A stretch of DNA of 64,000 bases from Deinococcales bacterium (GTDB taxonomy: Bacteria > Deinococcota > Deinococci > Deinococcales > JAAFIG01): assembly GCA_025359505.1 (NCBI GenBank), contig JANYHH010000035.1, forward strand, positions 21,966-85,965, in the 5' to 3' direction. Positions 38,739 through 48,257 of this stretch are shown here, piece by piece. The translations under genes and the position numbers were made by a program. A model generated the notes under the pieces. The model was not told the DNA's origin. It was given only the letters and a program-made list of their open reading frames with translations, and searched no databases. The stretch's first letter is position 1. Each line of letters begins with the position of its first letter.

Positions 38739-39122
38739 ATGTCACTGACCCTGACCCTCGAGCCAAGCCTCGAAGAGCGCTTGCGTCTCGAGGCAGAGCA
38801 ACGCGGGCTGTCGGTTGAGCTGTGGCTGGTGCAGGAACTCGAGCAGCGCTTCCAAACGACAGACAAGGCGTCATTGCTGGAGCGTGTTGCGGGCGGTTTG
38901 CCAGCATCGTTTTGGATCTCGTATCGGGCGCTTATCGCCAAGCGCGATGCCGAGGACTTGAGCGATTCCGAGCGCCTCGAGTTGATTGCGATGGCAGATC
39001 AGACTGAAGCGTCGACGCTGCGCCGCGCCGAAGCCTTGGTGGAACTGGCGAAAAGGCGCAGCACAACGGTGTCCGCGTTGCGCTCGCTGTTTGGTTTACA
39101 ACCCATTGCCGTCCAGTCATGA
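38739..39122 (+). CDS. Hypothetical protein with an N-terminal ribbon-helix-helix-like segment
   Basis: ORF track 38652..39122. ATG 38739 gives MSLTLTLEPSLEERLRLEAEQRGLSVELWLVQELEQRF. ATGA overlap with the HNH gene. Confidence 0.5.
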   Translation: MSLTLTLEPSLEERLRLEAEQRGLSVELWLVQELEQRFQTTDKASLLERVAGGLPASFWISYRALIAKRDAEDLSDSERLELIAMADQTEASTLRRAEALVELAKRRSTTVSALRSLFGLQPIAVQS

Positions 39123-39508
39123 CGCAAAATCAAATTCGAGTGCTCGTGGTGACTCGAGCGGGTGGGCGCTGCGAGTATTGCCGATCACCATTGGAATTCT
39201 CGAGCGACGATTTCGCGGTGGAACACATCGTCCCCAAGTCACTGTCGGGATCGGATGAACTGGGGAATCTGGCGCTGTCGTGCCAAGGTTGTAACAGCCG
39301 CAAATTTGTTTCCATAAATGCCATTGATCCAGCGACGGGACTCGAGAGTCGCTTGTACCCCCCACGCTTGGATGATTGGGTCACCCATTTTCAATGGAGC
39401 GATGACGCGACCATACTGATTGGATTGACAGCCGTTGCTCGAGCGACGATTGAACGACTGGAACTCAACCGCTCGAGGGCACGCACAAGCGTCGCGTGCT
39501 GGCGCTAG
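39119..39508 (+). CDS. HNH endonuclease
   Basis: CEYCRSP....EHIVPKSLSGSDELGNLALSCQGCNSRK (HNH with Cys4 Zn). Confidence 0.8.
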   Translation: MTQNQIRVLVVTRAGGRCEYCRSPLEFSSDDFAVEHIVPKSLSGSDELGNLALSCQGCNSRKFVSINAIDPATGLESRLYPPRLDDWVTHFQWSDDATILIGLTAVARATIERLELNRSRARTSVACWR

Positions 39509-39571
39509 CGAGCGAACATCCCATAATCTGAATGCTGTTTACGCCCCAGATTACCGGGTAACATCAGTCAC

Positions 39572-40336
39572 ATGACACAACTGATTGGCAAAGTCGCGCT
39601 CATCACGGGTGCGGGTGGTGAAATCGGCACGGCGACTGCTCGAGTTTTCCATGCACGAGGCGCTAAACTCGTCCTGACTGATGTGCGGCTCGAGGAGCTG
39701 GACGGGTTGCGAGCGCAATTCGGTGCGGATGCGCTGATGCTCGAGCATGACGTGACGTTGGAAGCGGACTGGATGCGGGTGATGGCTGAAGTCACTGCCA
39801 AGTTTGGCGCGTTGCACGTGCTGGTCAACAACGCGGGCATCGGTGGCACGCCCGCGCTGATCCCGAATTACCCGCTCGAGGATTTCCAGCGCGTGATGAA
39901 CGTCAACGTCAGCGGCGTTTTTCTGGGGGTGAAACACGCGATTCCCGCGATGCTGAACGCTGGTGCGGGGAGCATCGTCAACATCTCGAGCATTGCAGGT
40001 GTGATCGGCTCGCCGGGGATGATCGCGTACAACGCCAGCAAGCACGCGGTGATCGGACTCACGCGGGGCGCGGCTGCCGAATGGTCACGCAAGGGCATCC
40101 GCGTGAATAGCGTCAATCCGGGGCCGCTGGATTCAGTGATGATGCGTTCCTACGACGAAAGCCTCAAGCCCGGCAACGGCGAGACGGTACGTGCGAATTT
40201 GGAGCGGACGATTCCGTTGCGGCGCTACGGGCTGCCGATGGAAATCGCGCAGGTGATCGCGTTTTTAGCCAGTGATGACGCCAGTCTGGTGACGGGCGCG
40301 GTGTACATGGCAGATGGCGGCTTGCACGCGGTCTGA
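39572..40336 (+). CDS. SDR-family oxidoreductase
   Basis: TGAGGEIG Rossmann motif, NNAG, and the S...YNASK catalytic triad. Confidence 0.85.
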   Translation: MTQLIGKVALITGAGGEIGTATARVFHARGAKLVLTDVRLEELDGLRAQFGADALMLEHDVTLEADWMRVMAEVTAKFGALHVLVNNAGIGGTPALIPNYPLEDFQRVMNVNVSGVFLGVKHAIPAMLNAGAGSIVNISSIAGVIGSPGMIAYNASKHAVIGLTRGAAAEWSRKGIRVNSVNPGPLDSVMMRSYDESLKPGNGETVRANLERTIPLRRYGLPMEIAQVIAFLASDDASLVTGAVYMADGGLHAV

Positions 40337-40450
40337 CCTGAGGTTAGCGCGCCAACCTCGAGTCGCACGAGTTCAATTCTTATTTTTCGGTAGCCATTGA
40401 CCACGCATACCGTTTGCAGGTTGCCTGTGGATGAAGCCAGCCGCTCCGTC

Positions 40451-40789
40451 TCACAGTGGTGGTAATTCCTGCGGCGCTTGATTGCGTTCAAACATTCCGT
40501 AATCGCGGATCACGCTGGCGACACGCAGGCGGTAATTTAAGAAAATCTCAAAACGTCCACGCAACTGTGTTTTGTGGTGCTGAGCGTGTTCGCGCCAGCC
40601 GCGCACAGCGGATTCACTCTCCCAAAACGAAAGTGACAGGATTTTTCCAGTCTCGGTCAGACTCTGGAAGCGTTCCACCGAAACGAAACCCGGCATCGTT
40701 TTGAGATCACTGCGTAGGGCGGCCGCCAGTTCTAGGTACTCGTGGTGACGGGCTGGTTTGGTTTGCACCTCGAAGATCACGGCGATCAT
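40451..40789 (-). CDS. Antibiotic-biosynthesis-monooxygenase (ABM) domain protein
   Basis: 112-aa ferredoxin-like ABM pattern (GFVSVERFQS...LSLSFWESESAVRGWREH..H). Confidence 0.7.
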   Translation of the reverse strand: MIAVIFEVQTKPARHHEYLELAAALRSDLKTMPGFVSVERFQSLTETGKILSLSFWESESAVRGWREHAQHHKTQLRGRFEIFLNYRLRVASVIRDYGMFERNQAPQELPPL

Positions 40790-41422
40790 TCACGCCTCCG
40801 CTCTGAAATTGCGTCCCAGTTCCGCACCAGTTCCAAAGTAATGCCGGAAGACGTACAGCAGTGGATTCCAGCGACTCGGATCAATGTGGCCGGAGGTTGG
40901 AATGACGAGGTTGGTGTGAGCGTGGACTTGGGTTACTTCGGTTTCGACGATACAAAACCCGTCTTCTGGAGGACTAGCGGCGTGTATTTTCAACAGACGC
41001 GCCTCTAATTGCAATGGGCACTCCGCGATGCGCGGTGCAGAAACGGTAGCGGAGGGCAGTGGGGTGAAATCCGCAATCCCGAACTTGTTCGCCTCGAAGC
41101 GGTAGCCCATTTTTTGTTTGGTGATCGGTACGGGGTCGCGTCCCGTTGTCGGTGCGATTCGTTCCACGCTTTCCCACATCTGGCTCGAGGGCAGATTCAG
41201 CACGCATTCGTTGGTGCGCTCGAGGTTGAGGATGCCCTGACCGTCGACACCCAAGCCGAGAATGACGCGTTGTCCCAACGCCCAAGCGCTCGAGAGCACG
41301 CTCAGGTTTGGGGTGTTGTCGGGATTGAGCGTACTGAGAATCACGACAGGCGTTCCGAAGTACAAGATGCGCGGGGTGATCTGAACGCTTTTCACGCCAC
41401 TGAGCCTACGCGCCCCGATCAT
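40790..41422 (-). CDS. Flavin reductase-like (FMN-binding split-barrel) protein
   Basis: 210 aa. The PVVILSTLNPDNTPNLSVLSSAW pattern is typical of the flavin reductase domain. Confidence 0.7.
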   Translation of the reverse strand: MIGARRLSGVKSVQITPRILYFGTPVVILSTLNPDNTPNLSVLSSAWALGQRVILGLGVDGQGILNLERTNECVLNLPSSQMWESVERIAPTTGRDPVPITKQKMGYRFEANKFGIADFTPLPSATVSAPRIAECPLQLEARLLKIHAASPPEDGFCIVETEVTQVHAHTNLVIPTSGHIDPSRWNPLLYVFRHYFGTGAELGRNFRAEA

Positions 41423-41479
41423 CTCGTCGTTTCAGCGATCATCGAAACAATATCCTGAGCTGTCCCATACAATCTTTGA

Positions 41480-42166
41480 ATGTTGCTCGAGCGAACGGCG
41501 TTGGAAGCTGACTTTTCAAAGGTCGCGGCCTTGATCGGTGAACCTGCTCGAGCCGCGATGTTGACGGCGCTGATGGATGGGTTGAGCCTACCCGCCGGGG
41601 AATTGGCGCAATTGGCTGGGATCAGTCCGCAAACCGCGAGCGCCCATTTGCAAAAACTGCTCGAGGGTCAGTTACTGATCGTCGAAAGCCACGGGCGGCA
41701 TCGGTATTACCGACTCAGCGGAACAGCGGTGGCAGCGGCGCTCGAGGCGCTGATGGTGCTCGCGCCCGCCCCGAAGGTTCGTGTGACGCGCGACGACGCG
41801 CTCGCAGCGGCTCGCACCTGTTACGACCATTTGGCTGGGAAGCTGGGCGTGCAACTCGCTCAAGGCTTGGTGGACGGCGGTTGGCTCGAGTTGAATGGCA
41901 GGGTTTATGGGCTAACCACGCTGGGCTATGCGAAACTCGGCGCGTTTGGTCTGGACGTGGCGCAGATCGTTCTCAAACCCCGTTTCGCTCCCACCTGCCT
42001 CGACTGGACGGAGCGGCGACATCACATCGGTGGAGCGCTCGGGCAGTCGCTCACGGCACGCTTTTTGGAACTGGGTTGGCTTGTCAGAACCTCGCAGAGC
42101 CGCGCTCTGCGGACGACTGAACTCGGGAGGCGCGGGTTCGAGCGCGAGTTCGGTTTGCGATTTTGA
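41480..42166 (+). CDS. ArsR-family winged-helix transcriptional regulator
   Basis: IGEPARAAMLTALMDGLSLPAGELAQLAGISPQTASAHLQKL. Divergent from the redox genes. Confidence 0.75.
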   Translation: MLLERTALEADFSKVAALIGEPARAAMLTALMDGLSLPAGELAQLAGISPQTASAHLQKLLEGQLLIVESHGRHRYYRLSGTAVAAALEALMVLAPAPKVRVTRDDALAAARTCYDHLAGKLGVQLAQGLVDGGWLELNGRVYGLTTLGYAKLGAFGLDVAQIVLKPRFAPTCLDWTERRHHIGGALGQSLTARFLELGWLVRTSQSRALRTTELGRRGFEREFGLRF

Positions 42167-42219
42167 CGTTTCGCTCTGCGCTGAAGCATTTCGCGTTCAG
42201 TCGGGAGGATCATTGAAGC

Positions 42220-43356
42220 GTGAACCCGATCAGTGCCGTAACGCAGACCGATCCGTACCCGTTTTACGCCAGCCTCGTTCAGCATCGCCCGATGTACTTT
42301 GACGAACACTTAGGGTTTTGGATCGCCTCGAGCGCCGAAGCTGTATGCGGCGTGCTGCTCAGTGATTTGTGTTCAGTGCGCCCTGTGAACCAGCGCGTGC
42401 CATCGGCACTGATCGGGACGGCGATGGGTCAGATTTACCCACAGCTCGTTCGTTTCGCTGACCGCCCACAGCACTGCCCGGCGAAGGCTGAGGTGACGAG
42501 CGCCTTGGATAACCTAGAGAGCGCTCGAGTCAGCGAACGTGCTGGGTTCTGGGCGCAGAAATTGGTCGCAGAGTCGCAACCTGATTGCGGTCATTTGGAC
42601 GCTTTGCGCTTCAAATTGCCCGTTTACGTTGTCGCTGATTTGCTCGGCATATCGCCAGACCCGTTGCCTTGGATGGCGCTTTGGACGCGGGACTTCGTGC
42701 GCGGACTTGCGCTGGGCGCGTCACCCGAAGCGCTCGAGTTGGGCAATGCGGCGGCTGTGTCTCTGGTCGCCTCATGCCGTGAAACACTGCGGCTTGGAGC
42801 GCCGGGGCTGCTGACCGAGTTGGCTCGAGCGGCGCAGCACGGCGATGAGATCAGGGTGCTTGGGCATGGGATCGGTTTTTTGATGCAGAGCTTCGAGGCG
42901 ACCGCAGGTTTGATTGGCAACGCACTCCTCGCGCTCGGACGGCATCCGGATGTTTTGCAATCTGTGTTTTTAGAGCCGCGCTCGCTGCCTGACTTGATCG
43001 AAGAAGTTAACCGTTACGATCCAGCGGTTCAGAACACGTGGCGTTTCGTGGCGAAGGACGGCATCGTCGCGGGTCAACGCGTCAAATCGGGCGATACGAT
43101 TCTGGTGATGCTCGCGGCTGCGAACCGCGACCCAGCCGCAAATCCCGATCCTGCTCGTTTCAATTTAGCTCGAGCGAACCGCAAATCCTTTAGCTTCGGT
43201 GGAGGCTTGCACGCCTGTCCGGGGCAGGCGCTTGCCTTGCTCACTGCCCAAGCAGCCGTTGAGCACTGGCTCGTCACCGATGGCGACCTCGAGCGCATCG
43301 TTTCAAAGGTCAACTATCAACCATCGGTCAATCTACGCATGGCGCTCTTTGGTTGA
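42220..43356 (+). CDS. Cytochrome P450
   Basis: Heme-thiolate loop FSFGGGLHACPGQALA, and an ExxR-like EEVNRYD. Confidence 0.85.
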   Translation: MNPISAVTQTDPYPFYASLVQHRPMYFDEHLGFWIASSAEAVCGVLLSDLCSVRPVNQRVPSALIGTAMGQIYPQLVRFADRPQHCPAKAEVTSALDNLESARVSERAGFWAQKLVAESQPDCGHLDALRFKLPVYVVADLLGISPDPLPWMALWTRDFVRGLALGASPEALELGNAAAVSLVASCRETLRLGAPGLLTELARAAQHGDEIRVLGHGIGFLMQSFEATAGLIGNALLALGRHPDVLQSVFLEPRSLPDLIEEVNRYDPAVQNTWRFVAKDGIVAGQRVKSGDTILVMLAAANRDPAANPDPARFNLARANRKSFSFGGGLHACPGQALALLTAQAAVEHWLVTDGDLERIVSKVNYQPSVNLRMALFG

Positions 43357-43359
43357 ATG

Positions 43360-43779
43360 TCACCCAAGCTCGAGCGCATCAATCCCAAGCTGCGCGAGTT
43401 CGATGTCTTCGCTCTCAGCTAAGCCGCTGACGCCGACCGCGCCGACGCACGCATCACCAACCCAGACGGGCAGCCCACCGCCCCAACCGATGTAACGCGG
43501 ATCGCCGAAGTTACGCAGATCAAAGCCGTCCGTCGGGTGTCTCGAGGCTTGCCCGATGTCACGGCTGGCTCGGCGCTCGCGGGCGGCGGTGAAAGCTTTG
43601 TTCTGCGCGATTGCGATGCTCGGCAGTGGTGCGCCGCTGACCCTGAGCAGCGCCAGCAGCTCGCCGTGCGAATCAGTTACGGCAATCACGGCCGCCTTAC
43701 CGCGCCGCTCGAGTTCAGCGGCAATGGTGGCGATGACGGTTTGCGCCTCGAGATGAGACAGGTTCTGTGTGGTGTGCAT
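43360..43779 (-). CDS. GlcG/HbpS-family (DUF336) heme-binding protein
   Basis: 139 aa. Pattern AQNKAFTAA...GGGLPV...G.VGAVGVSG. Confidence 0.75.
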   Translation of the reverse strand: MHTTQNLSHLEAQTVIATIAAELERRGKAAVIAVTDSHGELLALLRVSGAPLPSIAIAQNKAFTAARERRASRDIGQASRHPTDGFDLRNFGDPRYIGWGGGLPVWVGDACVGAVGVSGLAESEDIELAQLGIDALELG

Positions 43780-43841
43780 GGGCAGTAGCGTAGCAGGGGA
43801 GGGCAGGCAAAGGGAATTGCGTACCCCGTGGCTCGAGCCGT

Positions 43842-44978
43842 TTAGCCCTGTGCCAAGACCCGTTCGACCTCGAGCGCAATCGCCAGTTCCTCGTTGGTGG
43901 GAATCACCAGCGCTTGCACCCTCGAGTCAGCGCGACTGATGCGTGTGTCCCCTCGAGCGTTGGCATCAGCCTCGAGCGCGATGCCCAAGAAATCCAGTTC
44001 CCCCAGCACCTTCGCCCGTAGCCTCGTATCGTTCTCGCCCGCGCCAGCGGTGAAGATCACGGCGTCCGCACCGTTCATCGCGGCGATATACGCGCCGATG
44101 GTTTTCCTGATGCGGTAGGTGTAAATCTCGAGCGCGACGCTTGCATCGCTGCTGCCCGCGTCGCTGGCCGCCCAGACATCGCGCAAGTCGCTCGAGCCAG
44201 CTAAGCCCAGCAACCCGCTTTGCTTGTTTAAAAGCGCGTCGGTTTCAGTGATCCCCAAGCGCCGCGCCAGATGCAGCACCAGCCCCGCGTCGATGTCGCC
44301 ACTGCGCGATCCCATCACCAGTCCCTCGAGCGGTGTGAACCCCATCGTCGTGTCTACGCTTGAGCCGTGCAGAATCGCACAGGCGGACGCGCCGTTGCCG
44401 ATGTGCAAACTAATCAGCTTCAACTCCTCAATTCTTCGCTCCAGAAACTTCGCAGCCTCGAGCGCGACGTATTGGTGGCTCGTGCCGTGGAAACCGTAGC
44501 GCCTGAGTTCAGCGCCCAAATTCGGGGAAATAGCGTAGCGGTACGAGCGTTCGGGCAGCGTGGTGTGAAAGCCGGTGTCGAAAACCGCGATGTTCTCGAG
44601 CTTCGGGAGTTGGCGCATCACCGCCCTGATCCCCGCGATGTTCGGGGGGTTGTGCAGTGGTGCTAAAGAAACGTTCTCCTCGAGCGCCTGCAACACCGCG
44701 TCGGTGACGATCACGGGTTGACTGAACATCACGCCGCCATGCACCACGCGATGCCCGACCGCTTGCACCGCGCTGAAATCCTCGAGCCGCGAGATGATCT
44801 CGAGGGCTGATGTGTGCGTTGGCGCGTCGATCGCCACGCTCGAGCCGTCATGTTTAAAAACAGCCATGCCCGAGCCGATGCGCTCGATCAAGCCTTTGGT
44901 CAATGCCTCACGGGAAACCGTGTCGTAGACAGCGTATTTTAGGCTCGACGAGCCGCAGTTAATCACGAGGACGCGCAT
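43842..44978 (-). CDS. ackA: Acetate kinase
   Basis: MRVLVINCGSSSLKYAVYD, HRVVHGG and FHGTSHQYV blocks. Confidence 0.9.
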   Translation of the reverse strand: MRVLVINCGSSSLKYAVYDTVSREALTKGLIERIGSGMAVFKHDGSSVAIDAPTHTSALEIISRLEDFSAVQAVGHRVVHGGVMFSQPVIVTDAVLQALEENVSLAPLHNPPNIAGIRAVMRQLPKLENIAVFDTGFHTTLPERSYRYAISPNLGAELRRYGFHGTSHQYVALEAAKFLERRIEELKLISLHIGNGASACAILHGSSVDTTMGFTPLEGLVMGSRSGDIDAGLVLHLARRLGITETDALLNKQSGLLGLAGSSDLRDVWAASDAGSSDASVALEIYTYRIRKTIGAYIAAMNGADAVIFTAGAGENDTRLRAKVLGELDFLGIALEADANARGDTRISRADSRVQALVIPTNEELAIALEVERVLAQG

Positions 44979-44999
44979 CAGCGCATTGTAGCCAATTGA

Positions 45000-45464
45000 C
45001 TACTGCCAGCGGTCAGCGTGCGAATGATCAATCTGCGCGATACGCTCACCCAAGTTGGGATCGTCGGGATCTAGATTGGCGATCAGCAGCAGTTCGTTGG
45101 CTTTTTCAAACGCGGCGCTGTCCCCGTCGTCGCCCCTGATCTGCCCGAACGACTCGTCCTCGAGCTGTACATTCCAAACCACGTTGTGCCCAAGCGCGAG
45201 ACGTTGCAGCAATTTGAGGATGCGGGTCGTATCGCGCCACGCCATCAATGTGTCATCCGCAAAATCGACCGCGCCGCTCAGCAAAAAAATTTTGCTCGAG
45301 CCGCTGATCCCACGATCAGCATCGTCAGATTCGTAGAGCATGAACGACTCGCACCACCAAGTCTGGTCATCGCCTTGAAGCTCGAGTTCAGCCGCGTCTC
45401 GCAGCGCTCGCCGTGCGACTGAAGTCAGTGGAGACTGCGTGTCGTAATACAGTGAAATGCCCAT
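45000..45464 (-). CDS. Hypothetical acidic protein
   Basis: 154-aa ORF. No motif recognised. Confidence 0.45.
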   Translation of the reverse strand: MGISLYYDTQSPLTSVARRALRDAAELELQGDDQTWWCESFMLYESDDADRGISGSSKIFLLSGAVDFADDTLMAWRDTTRILKLLQRLALGHNVVWNVQLEDESFGQIRGDDGDSAAFEKANELLLIANLDPDDPNLGERIAQIDHSHADRWQ

Positions 45465-45476
45465 ACGACTCCTGTC

Positions 45477-46343
45477 TTACTCGAGACTCCATTTTTGCAG
45501 TGCCCCCGCGTAATCACTGCCCAGCTCGAGCAGCAGTGCTGGTTTGTGGGCTTTTTTGGCAATCGTTTGCGCGAACGCGCTCTGCGCGACTGAGCGCGGT
45601 TCGGTCAAGATGATGATGCCTTTGACCTGCGCTTTTTGCTCCAACAATCCCGCACCGCCCGCGAACTCGAGATCGGTCTCCAGCAGCAGCTCGCCGCGCC
45701 TGCGGCTGCCCGTTTCCAAGGTGCGTTCACGCGGCAGGGCTGTGCCCAGCACGGGATGCAGCTTCGCCTTGGAAAGCGCCTCGAGCAGTGGCGCGATCAA
45801 AAAATCTTGCTCTAAGAGTGCCGGGTTGCCCGCGATGCCGACGGTCTTCATGCCGCTCAGTTGCCACGTCGGTTCCGCGTACCGCACTGGGCGCAAAGCA
45901 CTGGAGTGACGATCCAGCACGCGGCGCACGAGCTGCGCGTTGCTGGTCAGTGCCTGCCCCAAACGCACCGCGAACGGCGGCGTCAGCTTGGGACTGACCA
46001 GCGCTGGCACGGTATGAATCGGTGGTATTGAAAAACGCATACTCAGCACATTCGGCAAGTCCACCATCCACGGGTCGCCGCTCGAGCCGCGCACGCCCGG
46101 CTCCGAACCGGGGTTGAGGTCGGGCAGCAGCAGTGCGTCGGAATCGCTGGCGATTTCCATCACGCGCCCGATGAACAGTTGCAGCAGCGGCGATTCGTTC
46201 GGCATCAGCACCGCGCCCGCCTCGAGCGATTCCTGTTTAGAACGCAGTGGTTTCACCAGCTCAATGCCCAGCGCTTCAAAAAAAGACTCCCACCACGCGC
46301 CGTAACGCGAGTAGAGCAGGGTATCGGGCAGACCAAGTTTCAC
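45477..46343 (-). CDS. Hypothetical protein (possibly DUF2229 / CoA-enzyme-activase-associated family)
   Basis: GTG start. The N-terminus LGLPDTLLYSRYGAWWESFFEALGIELV resembles the IGIPRAL..YE..PFW.TFF..LG motif (from memory). Confidence 0.45.
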   Translation of the reverse strand: MKLGLPDTLLYSRYGAWWESFFEALGIELVKPLRSKQESLEAGAVLMPNESPLLQLFIGRVMEIASDSDALLLPDLNPGSEPGVRGSSGDPWMVDLPNVLSMRFSIPPIHTVPALVSPKLTPPFAVRLGQALTSNAQLVRRVLDRHSSALRPVRYAEPTWQLSGMKTVGIAGNPALLEQDFLIAPLLEALSKAKLHPVLGTALPRERTLETGSRRRGELLLETDLEFAGGAGLLEQKAQVKGIIILTEPRSVAQSAFAQTIAKKAHKPALLLELGSDYAGALQKWSLE

Positions 46344-46412
46344 ACCCTCGAGTGTACCCCGACCAAGCAGTTCGTGCGGAAGGCAGGCGAAGGGCGAAAG
46401 GGAGGGCGAAAT

Positions 46413-47297
46413 TCAGCTCGAGATCGCTCGAGCGGGTGGTTTGAAGATGCCCGCGACGAAGCCCGCGCCGCAGAGGATCACCGCGCAGGCGATGACTTTC
46501 GTGGTCGTCACGGTTTCCCCGAGAAACAGGGCGCTCCAGACCGTGCCGAAAATCGGCGCGAGGAACGTGACCGTCAGCGCCCGCGTCGCGCCCAACTCCA
46601 GAATCAGCCCGTAGTACAGCAGGTACGCGGCAGCGGTGCAAACTAGCGCGAGCGCGAGTAAGCACAGCCACACCGTCAGATTCGGCGTTGCTCGAGGGAG
46701 GTCAAACGGCATCAGTGGGGCGAGCGCCATACCAGAGGCGAGCTGCGACCCCACAACCGTGCCGATCAGTGGAGCGCCCTGCAATTTCGCTTTGGTCAGG
46801 TTACTCGAGATGCCGTAGCACAATGTCGCGGTCAGCATTGCCAGAATGCTCAGGGTCGTCATCAGCCCCGCCTCGAGCGGACTCCAACCGACCAGAATCG
46901 CCACGCCCACAATGCCTACGAGTAAACCTAGCCCTTTGTAAACGTTGAAAGCTTCTTTAAAAAACACTGCGCCAACCAGTGCGCCCCACAGTGGACTCGT
47001 CGCGTTGAGAATCACCGCCATGCTGGCCGTCAAGCGCAACTCGGCGAAGGCGATCAGCGCAAACGGGATGCCGCTGTTGAGAATCCCAATCCCCGCGATC
47101 CAGATGCCGTACCGTCGCCACTCGAGCGTTGATCGTGTGACGAGCGCCACGAGCAGCAGCGCCAGACCCGCGATCAGCACGCGCCCTTGCGCTGTCCAGA
47201 TTGCGCCCAGCACGGGGGCGATAACCCGAAAGAAGATAAAACTCGCGCCCCAAATCGCGCTCAGCAGCAGCAACCGCAGCGCCGCGCTCGAGGTCAC
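46413..47297 (-). CDS. DMT-superfamily (EamA) transporter
   Basis: 294 aa with about 10 TM helices and two EamA-like halves. Confidence 0.8.
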   Translation of the reverse strand: MTSSAALRLLLLSAIWGASFIFFRVIAPVLGAIWTAQGRVLIAGLALLLVALVTRSTLEWRRYGIWIAGIGILNSGIPFALIAFAELRLTASMAVILNATSPLWGALVGAVFFKEAFNVYKGLGLLVGIVGVAILVGWSPLEAGLMTTLSILAMLTATLCYGISSNLTKAKLQGAPLIGTVVGSQLASGMALAPLMPFDLPRATPNLTVWLCLLALALVCTAAAYLLYYGLILELGATRALTVTFLAPIFGTVWSALFLGETVTTTKVIACAVILCGAGFVAGIFKPPARAISS

Positions 47298-47319
47298 GGG
47301 ATGTACCGCTCGAGATCGT

Positions 47320-47724
47320 TCAAGAGACCGTCCCCGCCGATGGCGTGACCGTCGCGTCCACGTAATATGTCGCCCAGACGCCTCGAGCCACGCCGACGAT
47401 CACCGTGTCCTCCAAGCTGCCGTCAAAATGCCGATCACCTGCTGGGACGAGCAGCACCGAGCCAGCCTCGAAGCGTTCGGCTGCACTGATCTCGAGCAAA
47501 TCACCGTAACCCAAATACAACGATCCGCTCAGCACGATCACTCGAGCGTCCTGCGTGTGCCAGTGCGCCGCGTCCCAGAAGCCAGCGGGGATGAAAAACG
47601 CGTAGGTGAAGAGTTCACCGTCAAGGTCGCGGCGACCCTCGAGCAGTGCGTAGCGCGTGCCATCGGGGGCGGCGTCGCCCCACGGGATGGAATCGGGTGT
47701 GAATGCGGCTCGAGGTGTGGTCAT
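47320..47724 (-). CDS. Cupin-domain protein
   Basis: ORF track 47320..47958. ATG 47724 overlaps the ogt stop (ATGA). The sequence has a beta-barrel pattern with conserved His residues. Confidence 0.6.
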   Translation of the reverse strand: MTTPRAAFTPDSIPWGDAAPDGTRYALLEGRRDLDGELFTYAFFIPAGFWDAAHWHTQDARVIVLSGSLYLGYGDLLEISAAERFEAGSVLLVPAGDRHFDGSLEDTVIVGVARGVWATYYVDATVTPSAGTVS

Positions 47725-48257
47725 GCGCGGTTCTCCTGTGCTGAACGAAAGAGGCTCGAGCCAGCAAATTTCGCTTCGTGCTCGAGCAGCCATTTCTTGC
47801 GCTCCAAACCGCCCGCGTAACCGGTCAGCGAACCGTTCGCGCCGATCACGCGGTGGCACGGCAAGGCGAGGCTGATCGGGTTGAGTCCGTTGGTCATGCC
47901 GACCGCCCTGACTGCGGCTGGATTGCCGACGTGCCGAGCCAGCTCGAGGTAACTCCAAGTTTGCCCCACGGGAATCTCCTTCAACGCGTTCCAGACAGCT
48001 CGCTGGAACATCGTGCCGCCGCTATCCACAGGCAGCTTGTGGATAAGGGATAACTCGCCTGCGAAGTACGCGCTGACTGCGCTCGAGAACTGTGACAGGG
48101 CGGCTGGCTCGAGGGTGTAGTTGGCAAAGCGCTTCTCGAGCAGTTTGTGGATGCGAGCGGCGTTGTCTGCGAAGTCGAGCAGCACGAGCTTCTCGTCTTT
48201 CACCACGAGCCGCACCTGACCAATCGGCGTCTCGAGCGTCGCGGATTGCAGCTTCAC
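47721..48257 (-). CDS. ogt: Methylated-DNA--protein-cysteine methyltransferase
   Basis: Active-site PCHRVIG followed by GYAGGLERKKWLLEHE. Confidence 0.9.
   Translation of the reverse strand: MKLQSATLETPIGQVRLVVKDEKLVLLDFADNAARIHKLLEKRFANYTLEPAALSQFSSAVSAYFAGELSLIHKLPVDSGGTMFQRAVWNALKEIPVGQTWSYLELARHVGNPAAVRAVGMTNGLNPISLALPCHRVIGANGSLTGYAGGLERKKWLLEHEAKFAGSSLFRSAQENRA

Noticed and set aside
46945-47820. 291-aa plus-strand ORF
   Set aside because: It is antisense to the DMT transporter and cupin genes, with a low-complexity Ser/Arg/Ala composition.
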